NCBI GenBank assembly: GCA_049322915.1
Contig: JBMOPW010000014.1
Span: 701,527-765,526 of the forward strand
Direction: 5' to 3'
DNA length: 64,000 bases
Source: Candidatus Zhuqueibacterota bacterium
Lineage (GTDB): Bacteria; Zhuqueibacterota; Zhuqueibacteria; Thermofontimicrobiales; Thermofontimicrobiaceae
This document shows, piece after piece, positions 42,877-51,948 of the stretch (the stretch's first letter is position 1; the number at the start of each line of letters is the position of its first letter). A model generated the notes under the pieces. It ran no database searches, had not been told where the DNA came from, and was given only the letters and a program-made list of their open reading frames with translations. Made by a program: the position numbers and the translations under genes.

Positions 42877-43163
42877 TACTTTAATCACATATAACTATGG
42901 TTGGGTTTTTTTGATATATCCCATACTTAAAACAAGAAAGATAATTCTGTTCCTAAATTATATAACTAAAAAAATTCAAAAATAATTATGATGTCATTGG
43001 AGTAAAACAACACCCGGCGTCCTGCGGATAGCCGACGTGTAGTCCTTTTTGGACTCTAATTTAATATAATACCGTAAAACCAGAAATACAATCATATCAG
43101 CATCTGGAATCTGACATCCGACATCAGGAATCGGATCAAATTTAAATGTAAATTGGAAGATAC

Positions 43164-44138
43164 ATGTCAACTAACCAATCAAAAAACTTCGCCCTGATCG
43201 GCGTGGCCGGCTATATCGCGCCGAGGCATCTGAAGGCCATCAAAGACACCGGAAATAACCTGGTGGCTGCCATGGATATTTCCGATTCTGTGGGTATTCT
43301 GGACCGCTATTTCGACGACGTCGATTTTTTCACGGAGTTTGAGCGGTTCGACCGGCATGTGGATATGCTGCGGCGGAAGGATAAGGGCAGAGAAATCCAT
43401 TATGTGAGCATTTGCTCTCCCAATTATCTGCACGACGCGCACATGCGATTCGCCCTCAGGAATGGCGCTCATGCCATTTGCGAAAAACCGCTGGTGCTCA
43501 ATCCCTGGAACCTGGATGCGCTGGAAGAGCTGGAGACGTCGTACGAACAGAAAATTTACAATGTGCTGCAGTTGCGGGTTCATCCATCCATCATGGCGTT
43601 GAAGGAGAAATCGCTGCAAGAGGCCGATCGAAAGCATAAAGCCCATGTTGACCTGACCTATATTACATCCCGCGGCAAGTGGTATTTCTATTCGTGGAAA
43701 GGGATCATAGAAAAATCCGGGGGAGTGGCGACCAACATCGGCATTCATTTCTTCGATATGCTATTGTGGATCTATGGCAAGGTTTTGTATTCTGAGGTTC
43801 ATTATCAGGATGCGAAAAAAATGAGTGGATTCCTGGAATTGGAGCGGGCCAATGTGAGATGGTTTTTGTCGCTGGATAAAAATGATTTGCCTGAGGATTA
43901 CAAAAAAGCCGGCAAAGCGACATTCCGCACGTTGAGCATTGACCAGGAAGATTTCGAATTTTCAGAGGGCTTCACAGATTTGCACACAACGATTTATGAA
44001 GAGATTTTAGCGGGCAGGGGATTCGGCATTGCAGACGCACGCGCGTCCATTGAATTGGCGTATCAGATTCGGCATGCGGTTCCCACCGGATTGAAGGGGT
44101 ATTATGCGCATCCGTTGTTGGGGAAGGGTGAACGATAG
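43164..44138 (+). CDS. wbpB: Gfo/Idh/MocA oxidoreductase, WbpB/WlbA-like (UDP-GlcNAcA 3-dehydrogenase)
   Basis: GYIAPRHLKAI, ICSPNYLHDAH, CEKPL, TNIGIHFFD, EFSEGFTDLH. Confidence 0.88.
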   Translation: MSTNQSKNFALIGVAGYIAPRHLKAIKDTGNNLVAAMDISDSVGILDRYFDDVDFFTEFERFDRHVDMLRRKDKGREIHYVSICSPNYLHDAHMRFALRNGAHAICEKPLVLNPWNLDALEELETSYEQKIYNVLQLRVHPSIMALKEKSLQEADRKHKAHVDLTYITSRGKWYFYSWKGIIEKSGGVATNIGIHFFDMLLWIYGKVLYSEVHYQDAKKMSGFLELERANVRWFLSLDKNDLPEDYKKAGKATFRTLSIDQEDFEFSEGFTDLHTTIYEEILAGRGFGIADARASIELAYQIRHAVPTGLKGYYAHPLLGKGER

Positions 44139-44242
44139 ATGGGAGAAGGGAGATGCGAGAAGCCAGACGCGAGATGCGAGAAGCCAGACGTAAGAGGCGA
44201 GAAGGGAATCTGAACATCGAAAAACCAAATACCAATTCACCC
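44139..44242. repeat. Purine-rich 7-nt tandem tract directly after the wbpB stop
   Basis: gggagaa/gggagat/gcgagaa/gccagac iterations. Confidence 0.8.
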
Positions 44243-44406
44243 ATATTTTCTATCGCAAGTGATTCCGGCATGGTAAAAAAACAGACTTCTAATGTCAATT
44301 GAAATATAATTAAAAAATTATTAAAAAAATCTATTGTGGAAATATAATTTTCTATTTATATTTAAACGGAATAATACTAATGGTAAATAATTTATAGGTT
44401 TGAAAG

Positions 44407-44670
44407 ATGAAAGTGTCAACGATGCGTAAAAAATTACTCGATGAAATTTCTAAAATTCCAGATGACAAAGTACCTGTAATTTTTGACTTTCTTCATTATT
44501 TTCGGTTAGGATTAGGAATGAAAGCATCGAGTCCTGAGAAAATATTGCAGTTAGCTGGAAGTTGGAAAGATATGACAGAAGATGATTTTGAAGATTTTTT
44601 AAACGATGTGAAAACTCGTCGTAAAAATGCGTTTATGTCAAGGAGTAATCGTGAAACAAGCGTTGATTGA
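44407..44670 (+). CDS. Putative antitoxin (VapB-like by position)
   Basis: 87 aa; overlaps the PIN gene; LAGSWKD motif. Confidence 0.75.
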   Translation: MKVSTMRKKLLDEISKIPDDKVPVIFDFLHYFRLGLGMKASSPEKILQLAGSWKDMTEDDFEDFLNDVKTRRKNAFMSRSNRETSVD

Positions 44671-45052
44671 CACTGATATAATTTCTTTTTTTCTTCGTGA
44701 TAATGAAAATGTTGTAAACAATTTTAAGAGATATCTTGATGAATTTGAAAGAATGAACCTTGGAATCATCTCTTACTATGAGATTCTTAGCGGTTTAAAA
44801 TATAAAGACGCCCAAAAACAACTTGATGCGTTTTTAAAATTTGTTGAATATAGTTCAATTATACCAATTACAAAAGATTCTATAGAAATTTCAGCAGATA
44901 TTTACACCGATTTAAGAAGAAAAGGTATTTTGATAGATGATATTGATATATTAATTGCTGGAATAGCTATGTCTAATAATTTGATACTTGTAACTCATAA
45001 TTCAAGTCATTTTGAAAGAATTGTTGGTTTGGAAACAGAAGATTGGTGTTAA
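44651..45052 (+). CDS. vapC: VapC PIN-domain toxin
   Basis: LIDTDII, DILIAGIA, LVTHN..HFERI.GL..EDW; GTG 44651 with aggag RBS. Confidence 0.9.
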   Translation: MKQALIDTDIISFFLRDNENVVNNFKRYLDEFERMNLGIISYYEILSGLKYKDAQKQLDAFLKFVEYSSIIPITKDSIEISADIYTDLRRKGILIDDIDILIAGIAMSNNLILVTHNSSHFERIVGLETEDWC

Positions 45053-45109
45053 ACTAAATCGGTTTATCTGCATCTTGATTTTTTTTTGCATTGAAGCGAC
45101 ATGCTAGAA

Positions 45110-45553
45110 ATGTGAGACGTGAAACGATAGACGCGAGATGCTAGACGGGAGATGGGAGAGCGCGAAATTACAAAATTCAATAGACAAATAACAAAAAAAT
45201 TCCAATACTAATATTCAATCATTCAAATCCTGATTGTTTGGGTTCAGGGTTTAGAGGTTCGGGGTTTAAAGGTTCAGGGTTCAAAGGTTCGGGGTTTAGA
45301 TGTTCTGGGTTTAGAGGTTCATTGTTCAGGGTTAAAACGGGGCTGAAGCCCAAAAATCGCAGGGAAATTTCTGTTCCCCGACTTGAAAGTCGGGGCTATT
45401 CAAGTGGAAACGATATCATACCCAACGTATCAACGCCTTTTAAGGCTTTTTGGAGTCGACCCACATATAAAGAGCGAAAGGATTCTGACCTTGAATCCGG
45501 AACTCTGGACCAGCCAACCGGAGTCGTTGCACTTTGGTTTTAAAAATAAATTG
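45110..45553 (+). repeat. Composite repeat block upstream of the sugar transferase (7-mer tract, five 15-bp units, REP)
   Basis: Matches 47189-47332 plus 47801-48069. Confidence 0.88.
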
Positions 45554-45742
45554 GCATTGTATTTGTAGCTCACATCCTGATGATAAAAAATTACCGGAGC
45601 AGATTAATCGGAAAAATGAATTGATACGAATACACTGCTGAAGCAGTGATGATTTTCTCTTCTACCTGTGATTCATACAACTTCTTTCAGGGCAAAACAA
45701 CTCAGCTCGATTTCACTATACATTGCAACAAGGGTACACATC

Positions 45743-47167
45743 ATGTTAAGAAGACATCTTCGATTGACACCGTGGATCACGCTGTTTTTTGATTTAGTAA
45801 CGGTGATCGCTGCTTATTTTATCACGTTCCCCATTCGCGCCCTGTTGGTGAAGATTTTCCCCTTCAGCGGCGATATCCGATTTTCAGATCACCTGATATC
45901 GCTCCCGCCTATTGTACTTATCTGGTTCATCCTCTTTTACATCGAAAAACGGGAATCACGACTTCGTTACACTTCCTTTAAAAATGAGATCAAACGGATC
46001 GTGAAAGTCACGGCGTTGGGTGAGATATTTCTGCTCATGGCGCTGTATAGTTTTCGTGCACAATCGATCTCACGTTCATTCGTGTGGGTGTTTGGCCTCT
46101 GTGTTTTGATATTACTGCTAATCGAAAATTACTTATTTCTTCAAGCTGTTGAATATATTCGCGCGCGAGGTCACAACCGGCGGTCTGTATTGATCGTAGG
46201 GGATGGAGAGAATTCAAAGCGATTGGTGGAGACAATTCAAAATAGCAGCGACTGGGGACTGGATATCGTTGGTTTTTTGGATGGAAATGGTCATGAAGTG
46301 GGCAGTGAAATCAACGGCGCAACGGTGTTGGGCAAGCTCGAAGATCTGCCGGCTGTGCTGCACACTCATTATATTGAAGAAGTTATTTTTGCGCTTCCCC
46401 TGAGCAAGCTGGAAGCGGCGAAGGACCTGCTCTATATGTGCGAACTGGAAGGCGTACAGACCCGCATCGTTTCCAATTTTTTCAGCGGCCTGGTGTCTTA
46501 CGCCGAAGTGGAAACCGTGCACGGCCTGCCTATCATCACCTATTCCACCACGCGCAGAAATGTCTGGGAATTGTTTGTCAAACGGGTGATTGATATGTCG
46601 CTATCAGGAATTGGTCTGATCATCCTGTCGCCGTTATTTCTTGCCATCGCTGCATTCATTAAGCTGACTTCCCCGGGGCCGATTTTTTACCGCTGGCAGG
46701 TTGTGGGACTGAATAAACGGAAGTTCACGAGTTTCAAATTTCGCACGATGGTCGTCAATGCCGATGATCTGAAAGAAAAGTTGATGGCGAAGAATGAAAT
46801 GAGCGGCGCCGTTTTCAAGATGAAAAATGACCCGCGCATTACGAAAGTGGGTCGAGTGCTGAGAAAATTCAGTCTGGATGAATTGCCGCAGCTTTTCAGC
46901 GTGTTCAAAGGCGATATGAGCCTTGTCGGACCGCGTCCGCCTCTTGTCACAGAGGTGCCGAAATTTAAGAACTGGCAGCGGCGGAAGCTATCCGTGAAAC
47001 CGGGAATCACCTGTCTCTGGCAATGCAACGGAAGAAATCATATCAATAACTTTGATGATTGGGTGTTGCTGGATTTGCAGTATATCGATCACTGGTCGTT
47101 GTGGCTGGATTTCAAAATTTTGTTCAAGACGATTCCTGCGGTGCTGAGCAGTCGGGGGGCGTCGTAG
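45743..47167 (+). CDS. Priming undecaprenyl-phosphate sugar phosphotransferase (WcaJ/WbaP/CpsE-like)
   Basis: N-terminal TMs, CoA-binding-like domain, KRVID, KFRTM, DPRIT, SLDELPQL, LVGPRP, KPGIT. Confidence 0.95.
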   Translation: MLRRHLRLTPWITLFFDLVTVIAAYFITFPIRALLVKIFPFSGDIRFSDHLISLPPIVLIWFILFYIEKRESRLRYTSFKNEIKRIVKVTALGEIFLLMALYSFRAQSISRSFVWVFGLCVLILLLIENYLFLQAVEYIRARGHNRRSVLIVGDGENSKRLVETIQNSSDWGLDIVGFLDGNGHEVGSEINGATVLGKLEDLPAVLHTHYIEEVIFALPLSKLEAAKDLLYMCELEGVQTRIVSNFFSGLVSYAEVETVHGLPIITYSTTRRNVWELFVKRVIDMSLSGIGLIILSPLFLAIAAFIKLTSPGPIFYRWQVVGLNKRKFTSFKFRTMVVNADDLKEKLMAKNEMSGAVFKMKNDPRITKVGRVLRKFSLDELPQLFSVFKGDMSLVGPRPPLVTEVPKFKNWQRRKLSVKPGITCLWQCNGRNHINNFDDWVLLDLQYIDHWSLWLDFKILFKTIPAVLSSRGAS

Positions 47168-47174
47168 AGGTTGA

Positions 47175-48220
47175 ATGCGAGATGCCAGATGTGAGACGCG
47201 AGACGCTAGACGCTAGATGCGAGACGGGAGACGGGAGACGCAAGACGGGAGAGCGTGAAATTGCAAAATTCAATTGACAAATAACAAAAAAATTCCAATG
47301 CCAATTTTCAATCATTCAAATCCTGATTGTTTTGCGTGCCAGGTGAGTTGGGATGTTTATCCGGTAATTATTCAGCCACGAAGTCTCGAAGACACAAAAA
47401 AATATTATACTTAAATTTCTAAAATGGATTTTTATAATCAAATTTAGATATTTAATTTCTAAAGACATATGGAGTGAATTGACTGTGTCAATTCATGCAT
47501 CGACACAGTCGATGCACTCCATACTAAAATAATGCGTTATGCGCTCATTTGACATTTCATTTTAGAAATTCAGGTTATTCCTAAAATTCTAAAATGAAAA
47601 GCGGGCGATGTGATATTGAATTGTTTACATGGAGTGCATCGCCTTTATGCGATGCCAGCGATGTATAAAGGTATCGCACTCCGGAGTAATTTCAAAACCA
47701 AGAGCTTAAGTTTTATTTCTTGTAACGATTCAGCCGCGAAGCCTCGAAGACACAAAAAAAATTTGTGAAATAATCGATTTTGAAAAGCTGTAGCTGCTCA
47801 GGTTCAGGGTTTAGAGGTTCGGGGTTTAAAGGTTCATCGTTCAGGGTTAAAAAGGGGCTGAAGCCCAAAAATCGCAGGGAATTTTCTGTTCCCCGACTTG
47901 AAAGTCGGGGCTATTCAAGTGTAAAAGATATCATAACCACCGTATCAACGCCTTTTACGGCTTTTTGGAGTCGACCCATATATAAAGAGCGAAAGGATTC
48001 TAACCTTGAACCCGGAACCCTGAACCAGCCAACCGGGGTCGTTACACATTGGTTTTAAAAATTAAATTGAATATCACATGATCAGAATGAGTCCACGCTA
48101 AAAAGGGGCTGAAGCCCAAAAATTGCAGGGAAATTTCTGTTCCCCGACTTAAAAGTCGGGGCTATTCAAGTGGAAACAATATCATAACCAACGTATCAAC
48201 GCTTTTTAGAGTCGACCCAG
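47175..48220 (+). repeat. Second, interrupted copy of the composite block plus nested MITE/REP inserts and a third REP copy (48100-48219)
   Basis: Direct similarity to 45110-45553; insert 47333-47800 has direct repeats attcagccRcgaagYctcgaagacacaaaaaa and TIRs aatttctaaaatg / cattttagaaatt. Confidence 0.85.
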
Positions 48221-48269
48221 GAATGAAAATGAAATTGACATCTTCAATTAACCTCCATGCCAAAACAGG

Positions 48270-49832
48270 ATGTCCACATATAAGCGAATCATATTTCTTA
48301 CATTTCTTCTGTCGCTGCCTGTAATCGCGTTAGCTCAGGAAACGATACCCTTGTACCATTGGGGGTATACCTACCTGGATCAGTTGGCGCTTCGCGGTTA
48401 TCTGAAAGATCTGAACACGATTCAGAAACCTTATTACCTCGCCGATGTAGAAGGAGCGCTGATTAAGCTGAATGAGAATGTAACCTCCGGCTCCGTCACA
48501 TTGAGCGCCCGGGATCGCTGGATGCTGCGCTACCTGATGCAGGAATTTGCAAAGCCCCATGGTGAAAAACGCGGCGATATGAATATCATGGTGGGTGTAT
48601 GGGCGGATCAATACGCGCAACTGGACGAAAACGAGACACGTCATTATACTCAATTGCGAAGTCAATGTGGGCTGCACGTTGGGGAGCATCTGTATTTTTA
48701 TAATGGCGGTCTGCTTGACCAGTTTTTGTACAATGATCCGGATTACACGGGCAATAAATGGCGTGGATTCGCCGGGTACCTGGAACAAGGTTATGCCCGG
48801 TACTCCAATTCGTTTTTAAATATAACATTTGGCAGAGATTACATTTATTGGGGCAGCGGCAGGACGGGTCGGCTGCTGTTCTCAGACAATGCCCGGCCCC
48901 TGGATATTTTTTCTGTGGTGTTAAAATATAAAGCGATTTCGTTGACGACGCTTGCCGCCAATCTGGATCAGTGGACAATGGCGGATTCGCTCGTTCAAAA
49001 GTACTCCGTGGGAACGGCCAACCGGTATCTTTCAGCCCATCGAATGACGATTTGCCTGGGGGACAGATTCAAGATCGGTTTGGCAGAGATGCTGCTTTAT
49101 GGCGGGCCGAACAGCACGTGGGAGTTGAAATATCACAATCCACTTTTATACTATCACGGTGAACTGCTGAACCACGGTGGCTACGATGGAAACGGCATGC
49201 TCTATCTGGATGTGGATTGGTACCCCTGGTCAAACTGGGAATTTTACGGCGAACTGTTGATTGACGATTTTCAGGTGGAAGAAACGGCGCCCGGGGATCT
49301 GGAACCGAATGAGATCGGATACATCGTCGGGTTATTGAAGAGCGGACTGCCTGGATTAAACGGCGCAACATTGGGGATGGAATATGTGAGGGTGGCCAAT
49401 CGAACTTACAATTCGCTCAAAGATTGGGAGAAGTTCGTTTTTTATAACCGGCCAATCGGGTATTCCCTGGGAAATAATTTCGATCGCTGGCATGTAACGG
49501 CGGATTACTGGTTCCCGCAGCGATTCAAAATGAGCATGGCATTTGACTACATCCGCAAAGGCGAAGGTTCGGTGCTCGATCAATGGCTTGAGCCCTGGCG
49601 CAGTTATACAGTGGCTCAGGGTTATGACGAGCCATTTCCCTTCGGCGCTGTTGAAACATCCTCCATAACAACCCTGGGTTTGAGCTGGCATGTGACTCCT
49701 GCTTTTTTAATGGATATTTCCTATCGATATTTCGAGGTGGAGAATTACTCCAATGAACCTGGCGCTGACAGAAATAATTGGGAAGCGAATGTGAAATTTC
49801 ATTGGAATGGGAAGCACTTGTTCAATTATTAA
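48270..49832 (+). CDS. wzi: Capsule assembly Wzi-family outer-membrane protein
   Basis: Signal peptide; FGRDYIYWGSG..G.LLFSDNARP, SAHR, YGELLIDD; beta-barrel-like C-terminus. Confidence 0.75.
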   Translation: MSTYKRIIFLTFLLSLPVIALAQETIPLYHWGYTYLDQLALRGYLKDLNTIQKPYYLADVEGALIKLNENVTSGSVTLSARDRWMLRYLMQEFAKPHGEKRGDMNIMVGVWADQYAQLDENETRHYTQLRSQCGLHVGEHLYFYNGGLLDQFLYNDPDYTGNKWRGFAGYLEQGYARYSNSFLNITFGRDYIYWGSGRTGRLLFSDNARPLDIFSVVLKYKAISLTTLAANLDQWTMADSLVQKYSVGTANRYLSAHRMTICLGDRFKIGLAEMLLYGGPNSTWELKYHNPLLYYHGELLNHGGYDGNGMLYLDVDWYPWSNWEFYGELLIDDFQVEETAPGDLEPNEIGYIVGLLKSGLPGLNGATLGMEYVRVANRTYNSLKDWEKFVFYNRPIGYSLGNNFDRWHVTADYWFPQRFKMSMAFDYIRKGEGSVLDQWLEPWRSYTVAQGYDEPFPFGAVETSSITTLGLSWHVTPAFLMDISYRYFEVENYSNEPGADRNNWEANVKFHWNGKHLFNY

Positions 49833-49877
49833 ATTCCCTGCTGCCCCAGACAGGCAAAGATAAAAATAATCGTTAAT

Positions 49878-50073
49878 ACCCAGCGCGACAAAGCCGCAAA
49901 AAAAATTAAACCACAAGGGACACAAAGAAATCACAAAGTACACCAAGAAAAAATGATATTGTAACTGATTGGTTTTATTTATTTGTTTTTCTTTGAGTTC
50001 TTTGTGCCTCCTTTGCGAGCTTTGTGGTAAAAATTCTTTTGCACAAAAAACAAAGAATTAACTTGTAATACTA
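49878..50073 (+). mobile_element. Asymmetric-ended element carrying inverted cacaaag-type tracts
   Basis: Left end acccagcgcgacaaagccgcaa; right end aaaattcttttgcacaaaaaacaagaattaacttgtaatacta. Confidence 0.55.
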
Positions 50074-50156
50074 TAACGAAGTAAACTTCCAGGCAAATCA
50101 TGAAACGCAGATGACACTGATCAGACGGATTTGCACGGATAAAATTTTTTATAATT

Positions 50157-50469
50157 TAACCCTATAACGTCACTTAGAATTATTAGCACAATATGGTATC
50201 CACTCAATAAAATATGGTGGAATCCGTCTTGCCCGAATGCCATGTCCAGCATCCATTAACTATCAAAAGGAGGACAGGCTGGGCTTTTATCGGGCATCCA
50301 TTGAATCAGCGTGGATTCCCGCTAAGAGCATGCGGGAAAGACAACCATCACGTTATTTGTAACTTATAATTGCCTGAAAATATTGAGCGGATACACAATA
50401 TATCGTATTTTCTGACAACATAACATACAATATATTGTGCAGAACTTGCTAAATGACGTAGTAGGGTTA
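50157..50469. mobile_element. 106-bp MITE, copy 3, interrupted by the 199-bp MITE
   Basis: TIRs taaccctataacgtca / tgacgtagtagggtta; 313 bp = 106 + 199 + 8-bp duplication. Confidence 0.8.
50196..50394 (+). mobile_element. 199-bp MITE, copy 1
   Basis: TIRs gtatccactcaata / tattgagcggatac; flanks acaatatg / acaatata. Confidence 0.88.
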
Positions 50470-50593
50470 ATAAACTGAAGAAATTTTCCTTCATGTCAAT
50501 TTCTTGTTTTCCAGAGAATCGTGAATAAAATTCACGTTTTTCTGGTAGCACGAATCAAAGAGATAGCTTGTACACAAAAGGATGGGACATAAA

Positions 50594-51574
50594 ATGAGTT
50601 TACTGGTGACAGGCGGTGGTGGGTATATTGCAAGCATCGTATCAGAACTTTTAATACAGCAGCGTTTCGATGTTGTCACTGTGGATAATTTCCAGGAGGG
50701 CAACCGGGAGGCAATTCTTCCACAGGTGACATTGTACGAGGGCGATTTTGGCGATACGTTATTGCTCAAAAGAATATTTTCTGAAAATGAGATAAAGGCC
50801 GTTCTTCATTTCGCCGCAGAAACGACCATCGAATTTTCGATGACAGATCCTAAAAAATATTTTCATAATAATTTAGTAAACAGCATCGCACTGCTGGACA
50901 CAATGCTCGAATTCGGATGCACGGATATTATTTTTTCCTCGACCGCTGCGACGTTTGGAGAGCCTGAATACGTGCCTATTGATGAGAACCATCCGCAAAA
51001 TCCAATCAATGCCTATGGCGAATCCAAGCTCATGTTTGAAAAAGTGCTGCAATGGTATCACAGCTCCTACGGGGTACGGTACAATTTATTTCGCTATTTC
51101 AATGTCGCCGGAGCGAGCGAGAAATTGGGCGAAGCGCATAAAAACGAGAGCCATTTGATCCCCATGATCATTCAGGCGGTGTTGAAGCAGCGTGAATCGT
51201 TTAAACTATTCGGCACGGATTATCCCACCAAAGATGGCTCGTGCGTCAGAGATTACATTCATGTGGAGGATCTGGCGCTGGCTCATATTCTGGCGTTGAA
51301 AAATCTGGATGCGTGCCCCAATGGTGAGTATAACCTGGGAAATGGCGAAGGATTCACCGTCAAAGAAATTGTGGAGACTGTTCAACGAATTACCGGGGTC
51401 AGAGTGAATGTGGTTGAGACCGATCGTCGCGCCGGCGATCCGGCAGTTTTAGTTGCAGGTAATGCCAGGGCGAAAAAAGAGTTGGGTTGGCAGCCGAAAT
51501 ATCCTTCAATTCACGATATAGTGAAATCTGCATGGGAGTGGCATAGACGTCATCCGCATGGTTATACATCATAG
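50594..51574 (+). CDS. galE: UDP-glucose 4-epimerase
   Basis: VTGGGGYI, HFAA, FSSTAA, YGESK, RYFNVAGA, DGSCVRDYIHV, RRAGDP. Confidence 0.93.
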   Translation: MSLLVTGGGGYIASIVSELLIQQRFDVVTVDNFQEGNREAILPQVTLYEGDFGDTLLLKRIFSENEIKAVLHFAAETTIEFSMTDPKKYFHNNLVNSIALLDTMLEFGCTDIIFSSTAATFGEPEYVPIDENHPQNPINAYGESKLMFEKVLQWYHSSYGVRYNLFRYFNVAGASEKLGEAHKNESHLIPMIIQAVLKQRESFKLFGTDYPTKDGSCVRDYIHVEDLALAHILALKNLDACPNGEYNLGNGEGFTVKEIVETVQRITGVRVNVVETDRRAGDPAVLVAGNARAKKELGWQPKYPSIHDIVKSAWEWHRRHPHGYTS

Positions 51575-51704
51575 GGAAGCAAGCTGAAAACTCCAAGGAT
51601 CAAAAACCAAATTACAATGAAATCACAATAACAAAATTCTGAATTACAAAATCAAGAATCGAACTTCTAACTATTTAAAAATCAAAGAATCCCAATGACA
51701 AATT

Positions 51705-51903
51705 GTATCCGCTCAATATTTTCGGGCAATTATAAGTTACAAATAACGTGATGGTTGTCTTTCCCGCATGCTCTTAGCGGGAATCCACGCTGATTCAATG
51801 GATGCCCGATAAAAGCCCAGCCTGTCCTCCTTTTGATAGTTAATGGATGCTGGACATGGCATTCGGGCAAGACGGATTCCACCATATTTTATTGAGTGGA
51901 TAC
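51705..51903 (-). mobile_element. 199-bp MITE, copy 2 (inverted)
   Basis: Reverse complement of 50196-50394 with one mismatch seen; perfect 8-bp target duplication gacaaatt. Confidence 0.9.
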
Positions 51904-51948
51904 GACAAATTCACCAATTACGAATTACAAAAACATGGGAATGCAGCA

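Noticed and set aside
45238..48058. Paralogous 'GSGFRGSGFK' ORFs at 45238-45543 and 47780-48058
   Set aside because: They coincide with the repeat block, have weak TTG starts and are explained by DNA repeats
50196..51903. Composite transposon carrying galE
   Set aside because: Each MITE has its own target duplication and the outer flanks do not match
51847..51948. N-terminal extension of the SDR in the ORF track
   Set aside because: It lies within the MITE and heptamer tract; the Rossmann motif starts at 51949
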